64,000 nt of DNA from positions 1 to 64,000 of the IMG/VR virus record IMGVR_UViG_3300029286_000020; one strand, given 5' to 3'. This DNA is from a virus. Each line of letters begins with the position of its first letter. Positions within the stretch are counted from its first letter, which is position 1. Of the stretch, positions 6,952 to 15,412 are shown in pieces. Made by a program: the position numbers and the translations under genes. The notes beneath the pieces were generated by a model, which ran no database searches, had not been told where the DNA came from, and was given only the letters and a program-made list of their open reading frames with translations.

Positions 6952-9930
6952 TCAAGTCGTGAAGATCTGCAAGAAGCGAAAGAACGACCCTCTTTTCAAC
7001 GTAGAGGGGTTTCCTGCGTGGATGACGCTGCATGTCACAGCGGAACTGACAGTGAACTGAATCACACCCTCTACCATCCGCACCTGATCCGAAGAGGATT
7101 GGTTCACTCCGGGAAAAGTCACTGAAACTCCTGAGAACAGCAACGGAGTCACGCTCCCGGCTACTGTGTCGCTCGTGGTGGTGTTGACGGCAGACCCTAC
7201 GGTTAGCCCGCTCGCAGCGTCGATCTTCAAGTCGACCTTGTTGGACGCTGCTCCCGTTTTGATCCCAACAATCGCTTTGAACTCGTAGGTTCCAGCCAAC
7301 AGGTTGATCACAGGTAGATGGATTGTCGCGTCTTCAATTGCCGCGTTATCTGTTTGCTTTGTGACAGCACCTTCAATTGAGACGCTCGTTCCGGCTACGA
7401 TGTTTCGGACCTTGAAGAGACTTCCGAGGTTGATAGGGCCGCTCGCCGCAGTGACGACAACGTCTCCAGATGCGATGGCTTGGATGTTGTCCGCTGCTGT
7501 AATGATGACGTCGCTTGTTCCCCCCGAGGAGATCTCAACAGTCGTGGTCGCATCAAGTTTGATTCTTTTTGCCGAAGTCACATCAATGTCAGCTGCTGCT
7601 CCTGTCGTGGTCAGGGTAACCCCGAACCCTGCAGCAGTGAGACTGATCCCATCGAAGATCGAGGCGCTGTTCGTGAGCAGCGAGATGGACCCTTCAGAAC
7701 TCAAGCGGATATCGTCGTCGGTGGGAGCAGGGGGCGCAGCGTCGCCTGCGAAGATCACGACTCCTGCACGACCAACCAGCTGCGTCGAACCGAAAGGACC
7801 AATAGCTGGGGCCGAGCCTGCGTACAGAGATAGTCCGCCATTGCTGAGGGAGCCGACGACGACGTTGCCGACAAAAGCACCGATGGTGACATCGCCGAAA
7901 CCTGTGAGAACGGCGGCGTCCCCGTTGCTGGCTTGGAGCGAGACATTGCCGAGGAGCGACCTTACCTCGACATCTCCACCGGCAGATGCCGCTCGTATCA
8001 AGATGTCCCCGGCAACAGGAGTGGGGGGCGTGCCTGTTGCCACGACAATCCCTCCCGATGCAGACCGGAGCAGTGCATCCCCTGTGGAGGCCGCGATGTC
8101 GATGTCGATCGCTTCGACGACCGCTGCAGGCAGTATAGCGGACCCGATGTTGACGGTGGTGAGGGCTGAGATCAAGAGCGCGTTCATCGGCGCGTTCGGT
8201 GGCTGCCCACCGGCGAAGATGCTGACCCCGCCCACGCCGAGTTCGCTGCCGATCATCGTGTCCCCTGTGAACACAGGCGGCAAAGCGGTGCCCGACCAAA
8301 CAAGCGCTCCGGTAGCGCCGATCAGAGATGCACTGTTGCTGAAGGACTGAATCGTGATCGGTCCGGTGTCGGTGATCACCTCGACGTACCCTGTCGTCGC
8401 CGCTTCGATGGTGACGTCACCCGACGACGTCTGCATGTAGAGCGGGGAGACGCCTGCATCGAGGGAGATCCTTCCTCCGGTCTGAAACAATCCGCCGTCG
8501 ATGCTCACCTTGGCGCTGAAAGGATTGAGCACCGTGTTGACGAGAAGGGTGTCGACAACGCGGACGTTCTTCGTGGCACGACCCAGCGTCACCTCGGTGG
8601 CGTTCACAGGACCAATTGCGATGGGCCCTGAGTTCACAGGGGCGGGGGCGTCGAGGCTGCTCGCGAAGACGGTGCCGATGTTCGTTGACCCGAGGACCGT
8701 CAAGTCCTGCTCGACGATCTCGTTTCCCTCCACGCGGAAAGTGTGGCCTGCCCCCGGCACCGAGGAGGAGAGCACCGTCTCCCCCGAGCCGTAGGTCAGA
8801 TCCGCGTACTCTGCGCCCGGGAACGCGTCCTCGTAGAGCCGGACCTTCGTGTGGTGAGACTCCCCGGAAATCTCAGGGATGGCGTCCGTGGCCGGACCGT
8901 GCTGCTCCAGCTGGAGGTCGACGTCGGCGATGTCGAAGATCGGCGCGTTGACCCCGACCGTCGTGTACGACACCGCCGAGCACTGGACGAAGACTTCTTT
9001 GACGACAGCTGCAGTGGTGGTGACTGCGGGGAGTTGGACGGTCGTGGAGTACGTCTCCCACACACCGACAACCGCCGAGTCCAGCTGCAAAGTCACAGTC
9101 GTGATTGTCACCCCAGCGGCATCCGTGATGGTCGCCGACAAGACAGGGTTCCCCACACTCGGAACGACGGAAGGGCGGAACGCGACAGTCAGGCGCAGGC
9201 GCCGGTTGGTCGGGACAGGGAGGCCGATCTTCTGAAGCAGGGTACCGCTGACGCTGCCGAGGCCAGCCGCGTTCTTTTGCGCCCGGAAGGCCAGATTGAA
9301 ACCAGACGGAGCCAGCACCGCGCTCGATGCGATGTAGGTCATCGCGGTGAGGGATGCCGAGTCCCAGAAGTCAGGGAGGCCGACGAGATCGTGAGTGAGG
9401 TACGGGGCGCCGTTGCGAACAACAGACACCATGGGCGTCGCGTCTCGGCCCCTCGACAGGAACGGAAAACTTCGGTCGTCGATGTTGATGTTCGCCGCCG
9501 GAATGAGTCCTGCCGCCGGAACAATCACCTTCGCGAGCACGCACGAAGTCGCCGGGACAGTCTCCGTCCCGAGGTCGTAGATGTTGACCGTTCCCGTCGT
9601 GTCGGCAGGGAAGGCGTAGTGAAGGTCGACGCAGACGGCGACCGTCTTGGAGGCGTAGGCGCTCAGGTCCAAGTCGATGGTTCCCGCGACATGAACGCTG
9701 ACGCTGGTGGTTGGATTGAGGTCGCTGACGGCGACGGCAGAGCTTCGACCGGATGGGTCTGTCGCAAGCTCGATGTGCAACGGGGTGCCAGACACCTGAG
9801 GGTTGAAGCCCTCGTAGACGCCCGCAGACACGATCCCCCGGAACTGCTGGTTCAGGGACTCAGAAATGTACGGCGCGCGGAAGCGAACCGTAATTTCCTG
9901 ACTGGTGAAGCTGTACCCGGAAGTTGGCAT
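6952..9930 (-). CDS. long tail fibre / receptor-binding-like protein with beta-helical repeats
   Basis: 992 aa, G/A/T/S/V-rich; repeated GDV.I.A units; directly after the baseplate genes. Confidence 0.7.
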   Translation of the reverse strand: MPTSGYSFTSQEITVRFRAPYISESLNQQFRGIVSAGVYEGFNPQVSGTPLHIELATDPSGRSSAVAVSDLNPTTSVSVHVAGTIDLDLSAYASKTVAVCVDLHYAFPADTTGTVNIYDLGTETVPATSCVLAKVIVPAAGLIPAANINIDDRSFPFLSRGRDATPMVSVVRNGAPYLTHDLVGLPDFWDSASLTAMTYIASSAVLAPSGFNLAFRAQKNAAGLGSVSGTLLQKIGLPVPTNRRLRLTVAFRPSVVPSVGNPVLSATITDAAGVTITTVTLQLDSAVVGVWETYSTTVQLPAVTTTAAVVKEVFVQCSAVSYTTVGVNAPIFDIADVDLQLEQHGPATDAIPEISGESHHTKVRLYEDAFPGAEYADLTYGSGETVLSSSVPGAGHTFRVEGNEIVEQDLTVLGSTNIGTVFASSLDAPAPVNSGPIAIGPVNATEVTLGRATKNVRVVDTLLVNTVLNPFSAKVSIDGGLFQTGGRISLDAGVSPLYMQTSSGDVTIEAATTGYVEVITDTGPITIQSFSNSASLIGATGALVWSGTALPPVFTGDTMIGSELGVGGVSIFAGGQPPNAPMNALLISALTTVNIGSAILPAAVVEAIDIDIAASTGDALLRSASGGIVVATGTPPTPVAGDILIRAASAGGDVEVRSLLGNVSLQASNGDAAVLTGFGDVTIGAFVGNVVVGSLSNGGLSLYAGSAPAIGPFGSTQLVGRAGVVIFAGDAAPPAPTDDDIRLSSEGSISLLTNSASIFDGISLTAAGFGVTLTTTGAAADIDVTSAKRIKLDATTTVEISSGGTSDVIITAADNIQAIASGDVVVTAASGPINLGSLFKVRNIVAGTSVSIEGAVTKQTDNAAIEDATIHLPVINLLAGTYEFKAIVGIKTGAASNKVDLKIDAASGLTVGSAVNTTTSDTVAGSVTPLLFSGVSVTFPGVNQSSSDQVRMVEGVIQFTVSSAVTCSVIHAGNPSTLKRGSFFRFLQIFTT

Positions 9931-9966
9931 GGAGAACTCGTACCTTGGAGAGCCAAGGAGGGAAAG

Positions 9967-12771
9967 TCACGGGAGGAGGACGTAGATAGGGGCAGCGTTC
10001 GCAGGCAGGGTGTCGTCGATGAGGCGGGTCACGCGCTCGAAGGCTTGGTCGTTCGCCAAAGCTCCTTCCGAGAGCAGCTTGGCGGTCTTGGTGAGTTCGA
10101 CGATCACCCGGTAGATCGCGCAGATGTTGCAGTCGAGGACGATGTTGCAGATGTAGGTGAAGGCCACCGGCCCTACGACCGGAGGGACCGTTGACTGCGT
10201 CGTGACCGTGTAGACGGCGTTCGGGTAGGTCGTCGCGATCTGCGGGACCGCATCCAAGTCGACGTAAGGGACGAGCACGGGCGCCCCGAGGGAGACGAGC
10301 GTGGGTGGAGCATCGAGGAAACGAATGTTCCCAGCGCTGTCAGTGAACTTCCAGTCCCCTCCGGTGTAGACCGAGATGTCGTCACCTACGATGGTCAACG
10401 TGTGGACGTTGAGCACCGAGGAGATGCTGAGAATCACCGATCCGCCCGAGGCTGACAAGGCATCCGGATTCACTGCGGTGGAACCAACGATGATGGGCTC
10501 AACGTCGCACATGACGTCGATGCCGGGACGATTGAACGCCGTCCGAAGCAGGATGTCAGCCATGACCGCGACGTAGTCGAGGTCGACATCGTCCATCCGA
10601 GGGAAGGTCGGAACAACAGTCGTGAAAAGTTGCCCAATAGACGAAGTCAGCAGCCCGTTGTTGGGCTCGACGTAGTTCCAGTTTTCAATCGGCCCGAGGT
10701 TGGCCCCTATGGATGGCTGGAGGAGGCGAACCACTGTGGGCGAGATGACCGACCCGATGATCCAGAAGTTGTCGTTCACCGGGGCAACAGAGGCGGAGTT
10801 CCCCGTGTTGAGCACGCGACCGACGTCTGAGGCCACGAAGCTCTGGGTCGGATCGCTGAATTCAGCGAAGCCCGCGTTGTTCGTGATGGTACCTGCGACC
10901 CGACTGCGGCCCGGATCGCCGACGTAGATGTAGTTGAAACCCGCCGATGTCGACGTCCCCGGAGCTGCGACCACAGTGAAGAGCGGCAACACGTTGGCGT
11001 CAAAGCCAGACAGGTGAGCGACGTCGATGACCGACGCAGCGGTTCCCTTCACTGCGATCCACTGGGAGACCTGCCTCACCCAAGCACGCTGGCGGTCGTC
11101 AACCTGTTGGGTGTCCACCTCGATGCCGAAGTCCCGCGCGAAGATGTCGAGCAGGGCCTGTGCGTGGACCTGTACCTCGCAGTCGAGCGGGTTCAGACGG
11201 GTCGGGTCCGGTCGGATGATTGGAGCGGAACGGATCTCCCAGTAGCAGATCGCTGGGTCCGCTCGGAGGAAGGCTTTCACGAAGGCCCGGTCTCCGGCGG
11301 AGTTCACCCCAACGATCTCGTAGCAGCCGTCGTTGCCGAGGGAGGAGCCGTGGATCGATAACAGTTTTCCGATGTCCGTAGGCTCGAACGACGCCGCTGG
11401 GGAGAAAACCCGAGTGGTCGTCGGAGTCGGGTGCAGCGGGTCGGGGCCCGAGTTCGGCAAGACTTCGAGGTCGAAGTTCTCGTTGCTGACCACCCCGAGG
11501 GGCAGCCCGCCCCTCAGCGTGATGCGCGCGAACGGACGGACGGCCCAGAAGAACGGCCCGTCGGTCTCTGGGAGGCGAAGTCCTTTGATGGGGGCCCGGT
11601 CGAACGCGGCCACGGTCGTCTCCACACCGGGAGTGACGGTGCGGTACACCTCGACGTACTTCACGATGGTCGGGTTCAGCCCGATCGCCGTGACGATGTC
11701 AGAGGGGATCGTCGTGATGTTCGACCCTGCATCGGTAGCCAACCGCACCGTGATGTCGAAGCGCTCTTGAGAGATGGCGTCCGACTGGAACGAGACGACA
11801 AGTGGGAGGTTCGGAAGCGCCTCGTAGGTGTGCTGGATGGTGACCAGCCGGTCGGCGGTGGTGCGGTAGGCGTAGGTGATCTTCCCGAAGGGGTCTTTGA
11901 GAGCCCCGGGAACGACAAGGCGCCCGACGACAGCACGTCCCGCCTCGACATCGCCGATCTCGGTAAGCACCGACGCCCCATCCGAAAGGGGGCCGAGGAA
12001 GATCAACTTCCCGATGTCCGTCTGCGTGAACACGTAGGACGGAGAGCCGACGGTGCCTGCGGTATCAACCTCTCCGTCGTTGAATTCGCGCTCGTTGAGC
12101 TGCTGGTTGTTGAGGACAGACTGGTAGTACATCTGGCGCGTCAGCACGGAGAACTGCTTCGCGCCGTCGAACACCTGCCAGCCGATCTCCACGAGACGGG
12201 GGTCGCCACCCCGAATCTCGATCTCGACCTCGTCGACAGGAATCTCGACCGCCGGGCGCATCTCCCAGCGCACCGGCCCGGCGTCCACAGCGATCAGAGG
12301 GTCGGTGAAGACTTCCTTCTCGTTGATGAATCCCGAGATGGTGAATGTCTGCTGGTTGTTCGTCTGAACTGACGACCGTCTGATTATGATCTGTTTGCCG
12401 ATATCCGCAGGGGAGAAGCGGGTGGTTCGGTCCTGCGCCGTGAAGGTGCCGGACGAGAAAACGCGGGCCTGTGCCCCTGTCTGCTCGATCGCCCCTGTGG
12501 GGATGATCTGCTTCCCGAGCGTGAGGAACTCGAAGTCCGACCACGCCGTCCGCACGAGAAAAGGGTCGCGGAGGTCACCAAACTGGCGGATGTGCTCGCG
12601 AAGGTTGTCGAAGGACGGGAACAGCCCCTCCTGAAGACGCTCCAGCAGGCGACCGTTGTCGGCGTCAACCTTCTGATAGACCTGCGGAATCGTGTCGAAG
12701 AGGACGTTGCGCGCCCAATCCGCCTGCCCTGTAGGGCTCTGTCCAAAAGGTCCACTTCCGAATCCACCCAC
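9967..12771 (-). CDS. baseplate wedge protein (P2 gpI / T4 gp7-like) with four inserted F..xD(I/V)G(K/R) repeat domains
   Basis: N-terminal LFDTIPQVYQKVD and later LLDIFARDFG...IAVKGT halves of a gpI-like domain; GGAGG SD before GTG. Confidence 0.65.
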   Translation of the reverse strand: MGGFGSGPFGQSPTGQADWARNVLFDTIPQVYQKVDADNGRLLERLQEGLFPSFDNLREHIRQFGDLRDPFLVRTAWSDFEFLTLGKQIIPTGAIEQTGAQARVFSSGTFTAQDRTTRFSPADIGKQIIIRRSSVQTNNQQTFTISGFINEKEVFTDPLIAVDAGPVRWEMRPAVEIPVDEVEIEIRGGDPRLVEIGWQVFDGAKQFSVLTRQMYYQSVLNNQQLNEREFNDGEVDTAGTVGSPSYVFTQTDIGKLIFLGPLSDGASVLTEIGDVEAGRAVVGRLVVPGALKDPFGKITYAYRTTADRLVTIQHTYEALPNLPLVVSFQSDAISQERFDITVRLATDAGSNITTIPSDIVTAIGLNPTIVKYVEVYRTVTPGVETTVAAFDRAPIKGLRLPETDGPFFWAVRPFARITLRGGLPLGVVSNENFDLEVLPNSGPDPLHPTPTTTRVFSPAASFEPTDIGKLLSIHGSSLGNDGCYEIVGVNSAGDRAFVKAFLRADPAICYWEIRSAPIIRPDPTRLNPLDCEVQVHAQALLDIFARDFGIEVDTQQVDDRQRAWVRQVSQWIAVKGTAASVIDVAHLSGFDANVLPLFTVVAAPGTSTSAGFNYIYVGDPGRSRVAGTITNNAGFAEFSDPTQSFVASDVGRVLNTGNSASVAPVNDNFWIIGSVISPTVVRLLQPSIGANLGPIENWNYVEPNNGLLTSSIGQLFTTVVPTFPRMDDVDLDYVAVMADILLRTAFNRPGIDVMCDVEPIIVGSTAVNPDALSASGGSVILSISSVLNVHTLTIVGDDISVYTGGDWKFTDSAGNIRFLDAPPTLVSLGAPVLVPYVDLDAVPQIATTYPNAVYTVTTQSTVPPVVGPVAFTYICNIVLDCNICAIYRVIVELTKTAKLLSEGALANDQAFERVTRLIDDTLPANAAPIYVLLP

Positions 12772-12830
12772 TGCAAACCTCCATCGGATCCGAAGTACCC
12801 TACTACCGAGCGTTCCTCTGGACTACTGCG

Positions 12831-12844
12831 GGTCCGTATGGTCC
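12831..12844 (-). repeat. 14-bp quasi-palindrome, copy 3 (GGACCATACGGACC on minus)
   Basis: Read directly; intergenic. Confidence 0.9.
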
Positions 12845-12850
12845 TCAAAA

Positions 12851-13228
12851 TCAGAGAGGCAGGAAGGTCACACCGGGTTGAACGACAAAGGAGCTGCGGG
12901 GGACGACGTTGTACCGCTCTGAGGACGCTGTGATGAGCCAGACGTCGAACGCGAGCGTGCAGGGCGCGATGCCCTGCGTGTCCGCCGGAACGAAGTAGAA
13001 CTCAGCGATTCCTTGACGCGGGATCGTGATGGCCGCTTCACTGGGGACGTTCGACCGCTTCTGGATTGTGGGCAGGTCGTCGCTCAGGGCCTGTTTGACC
13101 GTGAGGATCACTCGACCCCCCGTGATGTCGTAGGGCGTGCCGTCCGGCTTTGTGACGGCCATCTGGAGCTTCTTGGTCGTGCCCCGGATGATCGTCAGGC
13201 TGTTCGCAGGGAGAAGCAGCGGCTGCAT
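12851..13228 (-). CDS. BppU-N-like Ig-fold virion protein
   Basis: LTIIRGTTKKLQMAVTKPDGTPYDITGGRVILTVK. Confidence 0.6.
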   Translation of the reverse strand: MQPLLLPANSLTIIRGTTKKLQMAVTKPDGTPYDITGGRVILTVKQALSDDLPTIQKRSNVPSEAAITIPRQGIAEFYFVPADTQGIAPCTLAFDVWLITASSERYNVVPRSSFVVQPGVTFLPL

Positions 13229-13243
13229 GGAGGCTCCAGTCAG

Positions 13244-13564
13244 TCACTTCTCGCGAGGAACCCACCCCTCGGCGAGCTGGGAAATGACATCCACAACGTA
13301 GCAGAATCCTGCCGAAGCGAACGCCCAGATTGCTGCAGGACCGAAGGTGGCTGCCAACGCTTCAGGAAGAGGCATCGAGGGGCTCACGGGCAGCCCATAG
13401 ATGACCCGAGCCAAGAGCCACCCGAGCCAACCTGCGTGAAATCCCGTGCAGTACGAGCACGAGAGCATCCGGTCGAAGAAGTTCACCTTGCGGAGCACGT
13501 CGACCTTGTTCATCAAGCCGAAGCACAGGCCGTAGCAGAGCAACAGGTCGATCAGAGCAGGCAT
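13244..13564 (-). CDS. small membrane protein, DUF1360-like (possible holin)
   Basis: Three hydrophobic segments and LSCSYCTGFH CxxC motif. Confidence 0.55.
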   Translation of the reverse strand: MPALIDLLLCYGLCFGLMNKVDVLRKVNFFDRMLSCSYCTGFHAGWLGWLLARVIYGLPVSPSMPLPEALAATFGPAAIWAFASAGFCYVVDVISQLAEGWVPREK

Positions 13565-13926
13565 CAGAGCTTCTCCTCGGAAACAGTTTTCTTCCGCCGG
13601 GACGTTCCGGCGGGGGCAGCCCGCCGGGAAGTCGCCGCCGGAGCGACACGGCTGGTGTCGATGGGGACCAACCGACAGCAGGCCGTAGCCGCGCTCTTGG
13701 CAAAGATCTCGACGGTGTCAGGCTGGTCGTCGCCGTCGCAGTCGAAGCCGAGATGCAGCTTGTGCGTGTTGAGGGCCGCGAAGATCAGGTCGCGTTCCTC
13801 CTTCATGGAGTCGGAGATGTTCACCAAGCCATGCTGCCGCAGGATCTCAACCTGCAGCAGCCGCCTGACGGCTTCTCCGAGGCCCATCTCCATAGTTTTT
13901 GAGACGTGCTTCTCGGTGTCGGTCAC
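13564..13926 (-). CDS. hypothetical protein
   Basis: TGATG-coupled to the downstream gene. Confidence 0.55.
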   Translation of the reverse strand: MTDTEKHVSKTMEMGLGEAVRRLLQVEILRQHGLVNISDSMKEERDLIFAALNTHKLHLGFDCDGDDQPDTVEIFAKSAATACCRLVPIDTSRVAPAATSRRAAPAGTSRRKKTVSEEKL

Positions 13927-13932
13927 TGAAAC

Positions 13933-14283
13933 CTACTTTGTTCGAGTGAAGCTGCGGAATTCGTTGTTGTAGCTGTAGATGAAGTCGCCGTTGAAGTTCA
14001 GGCCGGTGGCGATGCCTGCGGCCTTGATGGCCTCCTCGAACTGCTTGCGAGCGGCTTGAACATTTGCTTGGAGCAGGATCGACTCTTGGTGAGCCTTCTC
14101 CGTGTGAGCGCCGAGGTTCAGGAGAAGCTGGTGCAGCTGCCGTTCGGTGGGGAGGATGAGGTCCAGCTGGGCTTGGTCGACCGGAGTCGACTCACCAACG
14201 GCGAGGGTGATCGCCTTGGGTGGGTTGGTGACGGTCTCGGTGGCTTCAGAGACTTCGGGGGCGATGGGAGTTTCAGACAACAT
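13933..14283 (-). CDS. hypothetical coiled-coil protein
   Basis: GGAG SD before ATG at 14283. Confidence 0.55.
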   Translation of the reverse strand: MLSETPIAPEVSEATETVTNPPKAITLAVGESTPVDQAQLDLILPTERQLHQLLLNLGAHTEKAHQESILLQANVQAARKQFEEAIKAAGIATGLNFNGDFIYSYNNEFRSFTRTK

Positions 14284-14336
14284 GTGATCTCCAGCAGAGG
14301 GGTGCGTGTCCATACCAGACTACGCCTAAGTCAACA

Positions 14337-15392
14337 TCACACAATCGTAGTCCCCTTGATCGACAAGGCAACCGAAGCAGTGAGGAACAAGGGGCTGCTG
14401 TACGCAGAGGCGTCATCGACGATGCCGACTTCGGTCACGACGGTACCCGGTGCGAAGCCGGTGACGTTATTCGTGAGCTTCCCTGAGGTGAGAGAGACGT
14501 AGACCGGGTCGCCTGCGGCCAAGGTCAGTCCAGCAATGAAGTTCGCAGTTGCGTAGCTGGCGATCGGTTGCACCTTCCCGACCCCGGGCCCACCTACGGT
14601 GTGGACGATTCCGACTGCGCGTGCGGTTCCAATCACCGTTGCGTTCGCGGACGAGGCGACGCCGTTCCCTGAAATTCTTGCAACGTCTCCAAGAGTCAGG
14701 AGCGACGTGTCGAGCGTCAGCAGAGTGGTTCCTCCGCCTGCGGAAGGTGCAGAAACCCATGCCGCACCTGTGGAGGTGAGCACGTTCCCCCCGGCACCGG
14801 GCACCGCCAAGCCTGTCCCTCCGTTCGCAACAGGCACGATGCCTGTCAGCGAGATAACCGGCGAGGCGCCACCGCTTGAATTGATAGGAGCCAAGGCCGT
14901 GACAGCGGTCACACCACCACCTCCGCCCGGGGCGTCGATGATGGGCAGTGCGTCACCGTCGTTCAGCACTTGGCCGTTGCGCCAGTACAGTTTGTTCTGA
15001 CGCCGTCGGAAAAGAACGAAGGTGCTGTCGACCTCAGACGGAGGCAGCACGTCCGCCGACGCGAGAACAAGGGTGACAGGGGCTTGCGGGGATGGCTGGA
15101 AAAGGACGTACCCGAGCGCACCGTCGTTCACGACCGTCGTCAGGTTCCCTGCGGGGATGGTCTCCGCATAGCCAGACTGCGAGGAGTTCAGGACGATGGG
15201 CAGCGCCCACGTCACAGTGTTGAGGGTCGCGTCCCATGAGATGACCCCGCCGCCCGACAGGATGATGTTCTTCTCGTCGTGCAGCGCGAAGACCGAGGCG
15301 TCCTCAGCCCGAACCATGTCCTCAAAAGACGAGTACCAAGGATCCTCGCCATCGCGAGGATACGGCCACTGCATGCGAGGACTGGTGGACAT
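14337..15392 (-). CDS. virion structural / short fibre protein
   Basis: GGGGG linker, PVANGGTG fibre motif, C-terminal LAAGDPVYVS..GKLT domain. Confidence 0.65.
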   Translation of the reverse strand: MSTSPRMQWPYPRDGEDPWYSSFEDMVRAEDASVFALHDEKNIILSGGGVISWDATLNTVTWALPIVLNSSQSGYAETIPAGNLTTVVNDGALGYVLFQPSPQAPVTLVLASADVLPPSEVDSTFVLFRRRQNKLYWRNGQVLNDGDALPIIDAPGGGGGVTAVTALAPINSSGGASPVISLTGIVPVANGGTGLAVPGAGGNVLTSTGAAWVSAPSAGGGTTLLTLDTSLLTLGDVARISGNGVASSANATVIGTARAVGIVHTVGGPGVGKVQPIASYATANFIAGLTLAAGDPVYVSLTSGKLTNNVTGFAPGTVVTEVGIVDDASAYSSPLFLTASVALSIKGTTIV

Positions 15393-15412
15393 GCGATGCT
15401 CGTTTCGGTCGC

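Noticed and set aside
13244-14283. Possible lysis cassette
   Set aside because: Only one small membrane protein; no endolysin or spanin motifs recognised
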